Below, piece after piece: positions 1 through 11,072 of a DNA stretch of 64,000 nucleotides. Source of the DNA: a virus; IMG/VR virus record IMGVR_UViG_3300028859_000013, positions 47,324-111,323 of that record, one strand, 5' to 3'. The position numbers and the translations under genes were made by a program. Below the pieces are notes generated by a model. It saw nothing but the letters and a program-made list of their open reading frames with translations. It searched no databases and was not told the DNA's origin. The first letter of the stretch is position 1. Each line of letters opens with the position of its first letter.

Positions 1-44
1 AAAAGTCAACGTTTTTAGCTCACTTAACATCATGTAATTTATAT

Positions 45-518
45 CTAAGATTCTGTTATTTTATTTAATTTATTTCTTCTTGTTCTTTTTATATTTTCTT
101 CGAATCTAAGCTCGTAAATTGGTAGGTGTTTATCTATGAAATTTTTATATTGAACATCAACATAAATAATATCTTCTGCATTTATTATTGTACCCTTATA
201 TCTATGCGATAATAATTCAACAGCATCTCCAATTATAGGTTTGTATATTATACGATTTTTCTCCAAATAATTAAATGGATTGAAATAATTTGCAAAATTA
301 ATAAATTCTTCATCTGTAACTCTTATGCTTTGTTTAAGTTCACTATCACTTTTATGATAACCTTTTATTATTTTTTCAAATTTTATTCCAAAAAAATAGC
401 ATGTATTAAATATTATATCATCAGTAAATATTGGTTTGTTATATTTGTCATATCCTACCAAATATGAATCTGGCTCAATTGAAGTATATTTCATTTTTCT
501 GTCTGTGTATGTTTTCAT
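45..518 (-). CDS. hypothetical protein with C-terminal RxxKL tag
   Basis: 157 aa ORF ending RRNKLNKITES. Confidence 0.7.
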   Translation of the reverse strand: MKTYTDRKMKYTSIEPDSYLVGYDKYNKPIFTDDIIFNTCYFFGIKFEKIIKGYHKSDSELKQSIRVTDEEFINFANYFNPFNYLEKNRIIYKPIIGDAVELLSHRYKGTIINAEDIIYVDVQYKNFIDKHLPIYELRFEENIKRTRRNKLNKITES

Positions 519-744
519 ATTTCATTAAACTTATTGTTATACAACATAAATGTTTTTTATTGTTTGTTTATATAAAGGTAATAAAAAAATTGGATAAAAA
601 AAATAATATCATGTTTTATTTTGCATCTTTTTTAGCTATTTTTCAAAAAAACTATTTAATATATATCGTACGTAAAAAGTAAATATCAACAAATAGTTTT
701 TTTATAAAAATATTTAATATATACATAAAAATAATTTTTAAATT

Positions 745-3700
745 ATGCCAATAAAAGACGCAGATTTCGGAAAATACAAAAGACCAGGTATTTTCTTTGA
801 GGAAATTGACCAGAGTATTGTTCAACTTCCAGTACAAAATGTTTTAATAAATTTAGTTCCTGGTTTTTCAAAAAAAGGTCCTTTTAATACTCCACTTTAT
901 GTTACAAATCCTACAGATTTTAGTACAATATTTGGAGATGATGATACTAGATTAGAAAATAAGGGATCATTTTTTCATAAAACAGTTAAACAAATGCTAA
1001 AAAGCGGTCCTGTTTGGGCGTTAAATCTTTTAGCAACAGATCCAAATAGAGATAAAGTGGACTGGCAATCAATAGGTGTGTCAGCAAGTGTAAAATCTCA
1101 AAATAGTAATGTTATAAGATCTGCTTATGAATCATTTTATAATAGACAAGCTTTCTGGGAAAGAGATACTGATTCATTTTTAAATGTTGTACAAGCAAAT
1201 AATTATGGTGTTCAAGATACTGATAGACTTTTTCATATAACAAACATGGGATATACAGATATTAGTATATTTATGTTTAAATCATCTATAACTGGTTTCG
1301 ATGTTACAGCAGAATCATGGTACGGTGATAGAACAAAAGTACCATCATATCTTGATTATAGAGATTGGATTTCAGATTATTTAGTAACTATCATTGTAGT
1401 AGCTGGTGATTGGTCAGATTATAAAACATTATCTAATGATACTACATATGGTAAGTATTTTGATAAAAATGGATTAATTAAAAATAACGTATCTTCATTT
1501 CTTAATGAAAGTACTGTATCTGTTCTTGCAAATTATGATTGTTCTTTAATTCCATATTTTAAAGATTTGAATAATAGAGATATGTACATTAAAAATATTA
1601 TAAATAATGATACAGATAAAACTGGTTTATTCTGTACATATAATGAAGATGTATTACTTGAAGCTGATTTTAGAGTAAGTAGTTTGGATATTATAGGTGG
1701 AACAATTGTTGGAGAAGATGTTAGTAGTATTAATTTTATGTCATATAATACAATTCTTAATGAACAAATATCATATTCTCAAACATATTTGGATTCAACT
1801 AATAATGTTATTACTAATAATTATGATAGTTATAATCAAGATTTTGTGTCAAATAATGTAGATGTTAGATCAGGTGCATATGTGAATGGAAATATATTTG
1901 GTGTTAGTTGTAATACAACATCATTAACAGGAACAACAGGAACAACTTTATTAACAACGTTTACTATTGATCCTAACGCATATTATGTATTAAATGGAGT
2001 ACTTATTACTGGTAATACATTTGTTGTTAATGCATCAGATGGTGTTTCATATCCAAATGGATCAAGATATGATGTTCTTTATCTTACTAATGATAATACT
2101 ATTAACGTGCTAAAAGGAACAGAATCTAATTCTAATACAGGAGCAATTTTACCAGATTATTTATATAGTTTAGATAGTACTATAATTTTAGGATATGTGT
2201 ATATATTAAATTCTGGATTAACTGCAACATTAACATATAATTCTATATCTGTAGGAACTAATGGTTATATTGCTCTTGGAACTACAACAGGATATGAATC
2301 AGTAATTACTGATGGTTTTGATACACAAAATTATATGAATATTCAATTTAATGGCACATCTGGTCAAACAGGAATTTATAATGATTATAATTATCTTAGA
2401 TTAGCTCAATGTTTTTATGAAATATATGAAAATATTACTGCAAAGAGCGTTTTTATTCATCAAACAAGTGGTGATTTTATTGGTGGAGATAAAGATCCTG
2501 TTGTTTCAGTTTTAGCAACTGAGGCTACTTCATTACAAAATGCGAATATTAAAATTTATATTGATAGTGATTCTCCTGCTTTATGTCATTCAGGTAATAC
2601 ATTTTTATTATATTATGTGGACAATGAATTTTTGTTACATGAAAATTTTGTTGATACTAATACATTGGTAACTATAAATTCTGTTTTATCATCAGGAACT
2701 AATGGTATTGTAGCAACATATTCTCAATTTTATTTAGATTATTATAATGGTAATATTAATAACGATGATTATTTTTATGTTAATAATAATAGTGGATTGA
2801 CAACTAAGATATATTTGGATATGTTTATTGATCAAAATAATATATTAACTGTCAATTTTTTATCTGCAATCAATCCTCCAATAACATATAGTGTTTCACA
2901 TACAGATTGGGATAATTCTAACTATTATAATTATAGTTTAATAGTATATTCCGATAGATCTAATTGGAAACAATCAGTTCAAATCGATCAATGGTACGGT
3001 GATGATCTTACAGATTGTAGACAAATATCTATAGATAAAAATAGATATTCAGAAATAACAATAGGTAATTTTTTAACCGCTTATTATGATGAATCATATT
3101 GGACTGCACCTAATGGAGAAGGATATTTAGAAGGATCTGTTCCAAGAAAAATAACTAGAATTATAAATATTAAAAATGATCCAACAAATGTTAATAATAA
3201 ATATATTTATACAGATTCTCCTATTAAAATTGATAATTATAATTCATTAAATCCAAGTGGTACTACATCATTACAAACATTTACATATCCAGAAATTGAT
3301 GAATATGTTGATGAATATAAAGCATTGGTATTATCGCCTTTTACAGTAAATGTAGCATCTATACCAGATGGTACTGATATTAGACAAAATTCAATATTGG
3401 ATATTATTGATATTGATACAAATCTTGGAAAGGCTCTGGCAGATAAAAATAAAATATCATGGAGATATCTTGTAGATTCATTTGGATTAGGATTGACTCC
3501 AATGGACGGATATGGATCAAAACAACAACTTGCTAATGTTTGTGGATTGAAACTTAATTGCTTAGGATTTATAAGTATGCCATCAGCTAAAATATTTAAA
3601 AATTCAACTAATCCATCATTTATAAATGACGATTATACTTTAAATATTCAATATGTTGCTGCTGGAGCAGATGATAGTAAAAATCCAGATTATTATTATC

Positions 3701-4410
3701 AATTTGCTCAACCTTATACAGACGCTGTAGATAATGTTTCTGTTGATGGTAGAAGTTGTGTTGGTTATTTCTTCCCATATATAAGAATATATGATAATGG
3801 TGTACCAAAATGGGTTCCGCCTGCATCTTACGCAGCAACAACTTATATGCAAAAGTTTGTATCTAATACAGCAGGTATGGTGCCTTGGACAATATGCGCT
3901 GGTATTACTAATGGTAGAGTTCAAACTATAACTAAAACTGAAATGGACTTTAATGATACTGATCTTGATTATTTACATGGCATGAATGCAAATCCTATTG
4001 TATATAAATTAAATAATGGATATTGTATTAATGACGATGCATCAGCACAAGTATTTCCATACTCATCTCTTAGCTTCTTACATTCAAGAGAAGTTCTTAT
4101 TGAACTTGAAAATAGAATGTACGATATGCTATTAAAATATCAATGGCAATTTAATACTGCAGAAATTCGTTCCGAAATCAAATACAATGCTAATAAAATC
4201 TGTAAAGATATGTTGGATAACAACGCATTATATGACTTTTGGAATGTTTGTGATGAAAGTAATAATACTGATTATGTTATAGATTTACAGATGGGCGTAA
4301 TTGACACGTATGTAGAGTTGATAAAAGGAATGGGTATTATTGTTAATAATATTACAATAATGAAGAAAGGTGATATACAATCTATGGGATTTTCATCAGT
4401 TGGTAGCTAA
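745..4410 (+). CDS. tail sheath protein (T4 gp18-like)
   Basis: N-term RPGIFFEEID and GFSKKGPFNTP; C-term WVPPAS, CAGITNG, LSFLHSRE, QFNTAEIR, VCDESNN sheath motifs; large central insertion. Confidence 0.93.
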   Translation: MPIKDADFGKYKRPGIFFEEIDQSIVQLPVQNVLINLVPGFSKKGPFNTPLYVTNPTDFSTIFGDDDTRLENKGSFFHKTVKQMLKSGPVWALNLLATDPNRDKVDWQSIGVSASVKSQNSNVIRSAYESFYNRQAFWERDTDSFLNVVQANNYGVQDTDRLFHITNMGYTDISIFMFKSSITGFDVTAESWYGDRTKVPSYLDYRDWISDYLVTIIVVAGDWSDYKTLSNDTTYGKYFDKNGLIKNNVSSFLNESTVSVLANYDCSLIPYFKDLNNRDMYIKNIINNDTDKTGLFCTYNEDVLLEADFRVSSLDIIGGTIVGEDVSSINFMSYNTILNEQISYSQTYLDSTNNVITNNYDSYNQDFVSNNVDVRSGAYVNGNIFGVSCNTTSLTGTTGTTLLTTFTIDPNAYYVLNGVLITGNTFVVNASDGVSYPNGSRYDVLYLTNDNTINVLKGTESNSNTGAILPDYLYSLDSTIILGYVYILNSGLTATLTYNSISVGTNGYIALGTTTGYESVITDGFDTQNYMNIQFNGTSGQTGIYNDYNYLRLAQCFYEIYENITAKSVFIHQTSGDFIGGDKDPVVSVLATEATSLQNANIKIYIDSDSPALCHSGNTFLLYYVDNEFLLHENFVDTNTLVTINSVLSSGTNGIVATYSQFYLDYYNGNINNDDYFYVNNNSGLTTKIYLDMFIDQNNILTVNFLSAINPPITYSVSHTDWDNSNYYNYSLIVYSDRSNWKQSVQIDQWYGDDLTDCRQISIDKNRYSEITIGNFLTAYYDESYWTAPNGEGYLEGSVPRKITRIINIKNDPTNVNNKYIYTDSPIKIDNYNSLNPSGTTSLQTFTYPEIDEYVDEYKALVLSPFTVNVASIPDGTDIRQNSILDIIDIDTNLGKALADKNKISWRYLVDSFGLGLTPMDGYGSKQQLANVCGLKLNCLGFISMPSAKIFKNSTNPSFINDDYTLNIQYVAAGADDSKNPDYYYQFAQPYTDAVDNVSVDGRSCVGYFFPYIRIYDNGVPKWVPPASYAATTYMQKFVSNTAGMVPWTICAGITNGRVQTITKTEMDFNDTDLDYLHGMNANPIVYKLNNGYCINDDASAQVFPYSSLSFLHSREVLIELENRMYDMLLKYQWQFNTAEIRSEIKYNANKICKDMLDNNALYDFWNVCDESNNTDYVIDLQMGVIDTYVELIKGMGIIVNNITIMKKGDIQSMGFSSVGS

Positions 4411-4430
4411 TTAATTATAAATAATAATGA

Positions 4431-4466
4431 AAAAAAGAGAAATAATTTAATTATTTCTCTTTTTTT
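4431..4466 (+). terminator. intrinsic terminator after sheath gene
   Basis: AAAAAAGAGAAATAAT / ATTATTTCTCTTTTTT inverted repeat. Confidence 0.75.
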
Positions 4467-4523
4467 ATAAACTTTATATTAAAATATTTATATATAGGAG
4501 AAATAGAAACATATATAAAGTTT

Positions 4524-6278
4524 ATGAATAAAGAAGAAAATATAGAAAAAATAAAAAAAGAAAATGGTACATCAGGAAAAATGTATAATGAGAAATACAT
4601 TAAAAATAATTATCCTGAAATTTTTAAAGATGTTATAGAATTTTGTAGTAGTGATAAATTGATAGATTTACCTTTTAAAGAAAAAATTTATCATTATGTT
4701 AATGATTTAAAAGAAATTTTATATTGTTCAAATCCAAATTGTAATAATATAGTTAAGTTTAAGAATTCAACGATAGGATATCATAAACATTGCTCTAAAG
4801 GTTGTACGAGTAAAGATCCGAATATTAAACAACAAAAAGAAGATAATTCATATATAAAATATGGAACTAAAGCACCAGGAATGAATAATGATATTAAAGA
4901 AAAAATGATAAAAACCAATCAGGAAAGATATGGCGGTAATAGTCCTATGCAAAATATTGAAATACAAGAAAAATCTAAAAAAACATTATTTAAAAATTAT
5001 GGTGTATATAATTTAAACGATTCAGAAGAAATTGTAAAAAGAAGAATCGAATCATTTAAAAAAAGTAATTATAAAGAAAATTATACTAATACTATGATGT
5101 CCCGTTATGGAGTAAAATATACATTTCAAAATGAAGATTTTTATAAAAAATCTAAAGAAACATTATTTAAAAATTATGGAGTATTTAATCCTTATGAAAA
5201 TAAAGAGATATTAGACAGAGCACAAAAGAAAAGAAAAAATACTATTAAAAATAATAAAATATTGAATCAAGATAATAATATAATTGATGTTGATTATGAT
5301 ACAAGAGAATATTTGATGAATTGTGATGTTGGAAAAAATCATACATTTAAAATTAGTTTTGAATTATATAAATCTAGAAAGCAATTTGCTAATTATAAAT
5401 GTACTGAATGCTTTCCAGAACATTTCAATCAAACTTCAATGAGTGAATTCGAATTATTAAATTTTATACAAAAACATTATAAAGACGAAATAGTAGTTAA
5501 TAGCAAAAAAATTATTTATCCTTTTGAATTAGATATTTATTTACCAGAAATAAATATTGCATTTGAATTTAATGGTATTTATTGGCATGATGAACAGCAC
5601 AAATCAAGTGATTATCATTTAAAAAAGACTGAATTATGTGACGAAAATGGTATTAAATTAATTCATATATGGGAAGATGATTGGATGTATAAAAATGATA
5701 TAGTAAAATCAAATATTTTAAATATTTTAAGTATAAAAACAAATATTATAGATGTAAATGATTGTGATATAAAAGAAATAACTAATAGTGAAGTTATTAA
5801 AGATTTTTTAGAAAAAAATCATATTCAAGGATTTATAGATTCACAAATTAAAATAGGATTATATCATAATAATGAATTAATTAGTTTAATGAATTTTGAA
5901 AATAATATTGAATCATATGAATTATTAAGATTTTGTAATAAGTTAAATACTAATATTATTGGCGGATATGATAAATTATTCAAATATTTTGTTATAAATT
6001 ATGAACCAACGGAAATTATAGCATATTTTGATAGAAGTTGGAGTTATGATAAAATATATGAAAATTTAGGATTTGAATTAGTACATAAATCTCAATCTAA
6101 TTATTCTTATGTTATTGATGGTATTCGTAAAAATAGATTTAATTTTGGCAAATCTATTTTAATAAAAGAAGGATATTCAAGTGAAAAAACTGAAAGTGAG
6201 ATTATGTTAGAAAGAAAAATTTATAGAATTTATGATTCTGGACAATTAAAATTTATATGGAAAGATAAACAAATTTGA
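4524..6278 (+). CDS. putative homing endonuclease (KYG repeats plus Vsr/PD-(D/E)XK-like domain)
   Basis: KYG/NYGV repeats; ELDIYLPE..IAFEFNGIYWH..HIWEDDW; paralog of 62159-63796. Confidence 0.75.
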   Translation: MNKEENIEKIKKENGTSGKMYNEKYIKNNYPEIFKDVIEFCSSDKLIDLPFKEKIYHYVNDLKEILYCSNPNCNNIVKFKNSTIGYHKHCSKGCTSKDPNIKQQKEDNSYIKYGTKAPGMNNDIKEKMIKTNQERYGGNSPMQNIEIQEKSKKTLFKNYGVYNLNDSEEIVKRRIESFKKSNYKENYTNTMMSRYGVKYTFQNEDFYKKSKETLFKNYGVFNPYENKEILDRAQKKRKNTIKNNKILNQDNNIIDVDYDTREYLMNCDVGKNHTFKISFELYKSRKQFANYKCTECFPEHFNQTSMSEFELLNFIQKHYKDEIVVNSKKIIYPFELDIYLPEINIAFEFNGIYWHDEQHKSSDYHLKKTELCDENGIKLIHIWEDDWMYKNDIVKSNILNILSIKTNIIDVNDCDIKEITNSEVIKDFLEKNHIQGFIDSQIKIGLYHNNELISLMNFENNIESYELLRFCNKLNTNIIGGYDKLFKYFVINYEPTEIIAYFDRSWSYDKIYENLGFELVHKSQSNYSYVIDGIRKNRFNFGKSILIKEGYSSEKTESEIMLERKIYRIYDSGQLKFIWKDKQI

Positions 6279-6305
6279 AAATATATAATATATAAATAAA
6301 AAATT

Positions 6306-6491
6306 ATGATAGAACAAAAACAGAAGGATGATTTAAAAAACCAACTTTTAGATATGACTGAATTGAGTAAGAATTTACAAGAACCAGTATCTGAAGAAGA
6401 ACAAAAGTCTTTAGATGATATTATGAATCAAATTCAAGAAGCTAGAGATTTTTTAGATGAATGTATTAAAAATAATAAAAAGGAGAAATGA
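6306..6491 (+). CDS. small helical hypothetical protein
   Basis: 61 aa ORF, TATATA element upstream, terminator downstream. Confidence 0.6.
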   Translation: MIEQKQKDDLKNQLLDMTELSKNLQEPVSEEEQKSLDDIMNQIQEARDFLDECIKNNKKEK

Positions 6492-6494
6492 ATA

Positions 6495-6527
6495 AAAAAG
6501 AGAAATGATTAAATCATTTCTCTTTTT
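6495..6527. terminator. bidirectional terminator
   Basis: AAAAAGAGAAATGAT/ATCATTTCTCTTTTT between convergent genes. Confidence 0.75.
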
Positions 6528-6928
6528 TATATGTTAAATTTTTTAGTGCTTTTTGCTAATTCTAATTCAGTTTCTAACTTGCCTTTTTTATGATTATATA
6601 AAGTGAATGATTGAGTTTTATTTATTTTCCGATCTGTCAACTCATACCATTTATTATTCATTTTTACTAATATATCAGATTCATAAGTACTTGATAGTTC
6701 ATCTACTAATTTAATATCTTCACACCTCCCAGTTATACTTTTATTTATAGTTAAATAATTAAAATCATACTTATAAATTTTAAAGCATTGAAATGTTATC
6801 ATATGATTTAATATCATTTCAGAAATTAAATCAAAAAAATCAATATTATATGTTATGCAGTCATTCATTAAATTCATGATTGATATTTCTGTGTTGCGTA
6901 AATCTTCAAAGGTTTTTATATATTTCAT
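6527..6928 (-). CDS. CTS-like/KFNI family protein
   Basis: MKYIKTFED...KKFNI. Confidence 0.8.
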   Translation of the reverse strand: MKYIKTFEDLRNTEISIMNLMNDCITYNIDFFDLISEMILNHMITFQCFKIYKYDFNYLTINKSITGRCEDIKLVDELSSTYESDILVKMNNKWYELTDRKINKTQSFTLYNHKKGKLETELELAKSTKKFNI

Positions 6929-6973
6929 GATATTATATATTAAATTAAATATTTATTTTTTATATATAATGCT

Positions 6974-7333
6974 ATGAAGCATTTAAAAATATATGAAGCA
7001 TTTAAAGAATCTGATGTCAAAATAGGAAATTATGTAATATTAAACGTTAAATTTAAAGATTTTGGATATTCTTTATCTGATAATCAAAAAAATACTCTTG
7101 TCGAATATTTAAATAATACAATATGTGAAATTGTTAATATAACTACTAGTTATTCTGGTATCCAAGAGATAGATGTTAAATATAATAATATACCGTTTAC
7201 TCTTAATGATTGGTTCGGTGTAGGAAGAACTATTACATTAGATATTACAGATATTTTTGATATGTCAGATTCAAAAAAAGAACTAATTGATAGACATAAT
7301 TTAAGGCAAGTAGTAAATAAATTTAATATATGA
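6974..7333 (+). CDS. CTS-like/KFNI family protein
   Basis: MKHLKIYEAF...KIGNYV...NKFNI. Confidence 0.8.
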   Translation: MKHLKIYEAFKESDVKIGNYVILNVKFKDFGYSLSDNQKNTLVEYLNNTICEIVNITTSYSGIQEIDVKYNNIPFTLNDWFGVGRTITLDITDIFDMSDSKKELIDRHNLRQVVNKFNI

Positions 7334-7635
7334 AGTATTTAAAAATATATGAAAAATATAATAATTTGCCTATTCTTGGTGATTATGTCGTAGTTTATTG
7401 TGAATCAATGAATGAAAAATTTAACGATTTTATAAATAATAATATTGGTAAGTTAAATAATTACGGTAGAATAACAGATCTTGCTTGGGTTGAGTATTTT
7501 AATATTCCAGAAGAATTAAAAAAACATTTTGATGATGATAAATATGCTATACTTAATACAAATACTATTAAATATTTTTCTAGTGACAAAAAAAATGTAG
7601 AAGCGTATTTGAAAGCTCAAAAATTTAATATATAA
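7330..7635 (+). CDS. CTS-like/KFNI family protein
   Basis: MKYLKIYE...LGDYV...QKFNI. Confidence 0.8.
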   Translation: MKYLKIYEKYNNLPILGDYVVVYCESMNEKFNDFINNNIGKLNNYGRITDLAWVEYFNIPEELKKHFDDDKYAILNTNTIKYFSSDKKNVEAYLKAQKFNI

Positions 7636-7638
7636 AAT

Positions 7639-8154
7639 ATGAAATTGAAAAGATTTAATGAAAGTGTTCATGAAGATTATGTCGAAATACTTCAAGATAA
7701 AATTAAAAATGATAAAAAAATTATTAATAGATTTGAATTTTATTTTGATAACATGAGTAATACATTTGAATGGGATTCTGATAATATTACAATATTTGCA
7801 ACTCCTTATTGGGAAGAAAATTTAAATTTACCTATTGATATTCTTATTGATGATACCGATCGTAATATTGTTTTTGAATTAAAAGAATTAACTTCACAAA
7901 AAGACGTTGATAATACTATAAATTATTATTATGAAATAATAGATTCATTAACATTAAAATTAAATAAAATATCAGAATTGAATAGTGTTATTCCTATTAT
8001 ATTAAATAAATTGAGTATTATAAAATTTGATAATATTATTATAAAATCTATTGACGATATAAAAAAATATGATATTGATGAATTAGTAAAATTATATAAT
8101 TACTTATATAAACAATATCCTGAAATATTTTTAGCTAAAAATTTTAATATATAA
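7639..8154 (+). CDS. CTS-like/KFNI family protein
   Basis: MKLKRFNE...KNFNI. Confidence 0.8.
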   Translation: MKLKRFNESVHEDYVEILQDKIKNDKKIINRFEFYFDNMSNTFEWDSDNITIFATPYWEENLNLPIDILIDDTDRNIVFELKELTSQKDVDNTINYYYEIIDSLTLKLNKISELNSVIPIILNKLSIIKFDNIIIKSIDDIKKYDIDELVKLYNYLYKQYPEIFLAKNFNI

Positions 8155-8157
8155 AAA

Positions 8158-8499
8158 ATGAAATATTTAAAAAAATTTGAAAGTTTCAATTGGAATTCTT
8201 TAATAGATATTAAAATAGGAGATTATGTGATAATTGATTCTAGTAAATTGTCAAATTTTATGATTAAAAATAATGTTGATATATATAGAAATTTTTTGAA
8301 TAGTAATATAGGTAAAATTATTAATATTAGTCGTGTGCTTGATAATATTAGAGTTAAATATGAAAATATACCTGATATTATTAAAGATTATTTTGAAGAA
8401 GATAATTCTATATTTTTACATCCGTCAAAAATAAAATATTTTTCTAAAACAATAGATGACTTAAAATTGAAATTAGATACTGATAAATTTAATTTATAA
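8158..8499 (+). CDS. CTS-like/KFNI family protein
   Basis: MKYLKKFESF...KIGDYV...DKFNL; paralog of 6974, 7330, 11492. Confidence 0.8.
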   Translation: MKYLKKFESFNWNSLIDIKIGDYVIIDSSKLSNFMIKNNVDIYRNFLNSNIGKIINISRVLDNIRVKYENIPDIIKDYFEEDNSIFLHPSKIKYFSKTIDDLKLKLDTDKFNL

Positions 8500-8502
8500 A
8501 AA

Positions 8503-9198
8503 ATGAAATATTTAAAAAAATTTGAAGGATTGATAAAAACTTATGATTATAATATAATCATAAAATTATTAAATAATTTACTTGTTAAATATAATGAAAA
8601 TGATAGTAATATAAGGCAATCCGCACAAGGTATTTATGCTAGATTTTCAAAAAAATTCATTAAAAAATCATATCTTGATATTTTAAATATATTGAAAGTT
8701 TGTGGTTATGTAATATCTTCATATAGTTATGATGAGAAAAAAAGAATTAATAAACAACCAGAAAATAATAATATTTTATCTGATATTTATACATATATTA
8801 ATTTTACACTTATAAAAAAGTTTGATATCGAAAATATAGATAATATAGATAATTTATATCACGTTACTGATAAAAAAAATATTAAAAATATATTAAAAAA
8901 CGGATTAATTCCAAAATCAAATAATAAAATAGAATCACATCCAGATAGAATTTATTTAATGAGTAATTTAACTGGAGCTAATCATTATTTGCGATTACTA
9001 GAAGATAAATATGGAGATTATTCTGGCGATAGGTTTATAATATTAAAAATTAATAAAAAATTAATAAATATAAAATTATATTATGACCCAATGTATCTTA
9101 GGTCAGAAAAAAACGTTGAAGTATCTGGATTTGACGCATTTTATACATATGATAATATTTCACCTGATTCTATAGAATTACTTACTATTGATTATTAA
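8503..9198 (+). CDS. ADP-ribosyltransferase-fold (Tpt1/KptA-like) protein with CTS-like N-terminus
   Basis: LYHVT..NIKNILKNGLIP..RIYL motif; MKYLKKFE start. Confidence 0.55.
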   Translation: MKYLKKFEGLIKTYDYNIIIKLLNNLLVKYNENDSNIRQSAQGIYARFSKKFIKKSYLDILNILKVCGYVISSYSYDEKKRINKQPENNNILSDIYTYINFTLIKKFDIENIDNIDNLYHVTDKKNIKNILKNGLIPKSNNKIESHPDRIYLMSNLTGANHYLRLLEDKYGDYSGDRFIILKINKKLINIKLYYDPMYLRSEKNVEVSGFDAFYTYDNISPDSIELLTIDY

Positions 9199-9368
9199 AA
9201 ATATGTCATAGTTAATAGGTGTAATCTTTTTTTAAATTTACATTATAAATATCTTTAATTTTTGTATATGTTTCCTTCTATGAATTCTAATATAGAATCA
9301 TAAAAAAGTTTCATATTTATTTTTTAATGTAAACAACATTATCACCAATTTTAATATTTTATGATATT

Positions 9369-9686
9369 TTATATTAACCAATTATTTTCATCAATAATCT
9401 CAATTTCTAATATTATTTCATTATCTTTTTTTAAATATATTTTATTATCGTCCCATTTCTGATAAGTATTAACATTTAGTGTAATATTATTAAATAAACC
9501 AACAGTATATATTTTTTGATCTTTATTTAAACTTGGTAATTTATATAAACTACTATCACACAAAATAGTAGCAATATTTCCATTTGTTTCTATATTATCA
9601 ACATTTTCATCAATGTGTGATATGATATCATCTTCTAATTGTTTTTGTGATAAAATACCGGTTTTTTCTGTTATTTTAATTTTCAT
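9369..9686 (-). CDS. hypothetical protein, possible major-capsid-protein-like fragment
   Basis: YTVGLFNNITLNVNTYQKWDDNKI recalls gp23-type G..VYVDPY...D segment. Confidence 0.5.
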   Translation of the reverse strand: MKIKITEKTGILSQKQLEDDIISHIDENVDNIETNGNIATILCDSSLYKLPSLNKDQKIYTVGLFNNITLNVNTYQKWDDNKIYLKKDNEIILEIEIIDENNWLI

Positions 9687-10269
9687 GTTTTTTAATTATT
9701 TTTATTATATAATATGCTTTTTCAGGAAACATTCCTATATCAATTAATGCTATTTTAATATTATTTTTATCATTTAAAGCATTTTCGTTAGTAGCTACAA
9801 TGATACCTGGCTGATCAATATTAGTTTTATACCCAAATATGATTTCGTCATTTAAATATTCAGAAATAATGATAGGTATATTAATATTTTTTTCATTTAT
9901 AATATCTATTAAATCATTATTGTTTTTTGTGATATGTATTTTTTTAGGTATTATAATAAATTTATCATCATATCCAATTTTGATAGTTGATTCTTTTAAT
10001 ATTTTAAAATTATCATTAATATAATTCGCTATTTCATCAATATTAATATTAATATTTGTTGAATTTCTTTTAATATCTTTAATTTTATTTATAAAAATTT
10101 TTTCAATAAGTTCAGGAATATTTTCTAAATCATCAATTTTAAACGTGCCTGCAGATACTGTCTTAGTATATACATTATTATCTTCATTAACATATAGTAA
10201 AGATATTTTTTCTAAATTGTCAGTTTCTTTTACTGATATATAATCTAATGTTTTTATTTTTTCTAACAT
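9676..10269 (-). CDS. hypothetical protein, possible degenerate major-capsid-protein paralog
   Basis: IIFGYKTNIDQPGI and ALIDIGMFPEKAYY recall gp23 C-terminal segments (VGYKG..D.G). Confidence 0.5.
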   Translation of the reverse strand: MLEKIKTLDYISVKETDNLEKISLLYVNEDNNVYTKTVSAGTFKIDDLENIPELIEKIFINKIKDIKRNSTNININIDEIANYINDNFKILKESTIKIGYDDKFIIIPKKIHITKNNNDLIDIINEKNINIPIIISEYLNDEIIFGYKTNIDQPGIIVATNENALNDKNNIKIALIDIGMFPEKAYYIIKIIKKHEN

Positions 10270-10317
10270 ATCATTTTTATTTTAATATATATACTAATAA
10301 AAAATAAGTTTAAAAAT

Positions 10318-11061
10318 ATGAAGACATATATTCAATTTATAAATGAAGCAAGTATTGGAGATCTTTTTAAAAATCAAGTAGAACTATTTCTATCTAATGA
10401 TAGAGAAGATAAACAATTGTTTGCTGAAAGTAAAACATTAGGTAAAAAAATTTTAGAAGATTCTACCATTGTACTTAAATGTAAAAATTATATAATTAAT
10501 TCATTTTCTCAAATGGGATATGATAAATTAAGCATAGAAAATATAGAATTAACTTTTTATGAACCTGAAAATATAATAGTCGGTATTATTCCAGATGGAG
10601 TTCTAAAAAATTTTGGTAAAACTGGTCATAGTGTATCTTTAAGAAAACTTAATATAATAGTTTTTGAAAAATCTCAATGGAAAAATGATGTTGAAGGTTG
10701 GATAATACATGAAGTTGGTCATGTTATATCTTGGAGAGATTATAAAGATTCACCGAAAATAAAAAATGAATTTATTACTGGAACTAAAGTCGATGCTAAT
10801 TCTAATGTATTTGACTCAAAAGATTGCTTCGGTTATAATGGATATCCAAATGTTTGGTTCGAATATATACCATTTATAAATCAAATTAAATTTTTATTGA
10901 AATCAAATTCTCCAGAAAATACAATTAGATTAATGATGAAAGATTATGAAGTAGAACATAATCCTGACGAATTGATGAAATATGAACAAATTTTTATAAA
11001 TTATTTGAATTGCGTATTAGGTGAAAAAAGTGAAATAAAAAATAAATATATAACATTATAA
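10318..11061 (+). CDS. HExxH-containing protein with T4 CTS-like N-terminus
   Basis: MKTYIQFINE start; IIHEVGH. Confidence 0.7.
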   Translation: MKTYIQFINEASIGDLFKNQVELFLSNDREDKQLFAESKTLGKKILEDSTIVLKCKNYIINSFSQMGYDKLSIENIELTFYEPENIIVGIIPDGVLKNFGKTGHSVSLRKLNIIVFEKSQWKNDVEGWIIHEVGHVISWRDYKDSPKIKNEFITGTKVDANSNVFDSKDCFGYNGYPNVWFEYIPFINQIKFLLKSNSPENTIRLMMKDYEVEHNPDELMKYEQIFINYLNCVLGEKSEIKNKYITL

Positions 11062-11072
11062 AAATAATAAAG

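Noticed and set aside
1800-3300. Intein in the long tail sheath
   Set aside because: No C/S...HN splice motifs or LAGLIDADG; it looks like beta-rich insertion domains.
6974-8499. Diversity-generating retroelement acting on the KFNI array
   Set aside because: No reverse transcriptase and no TR/VR pair with A-specific mismatches in the window.
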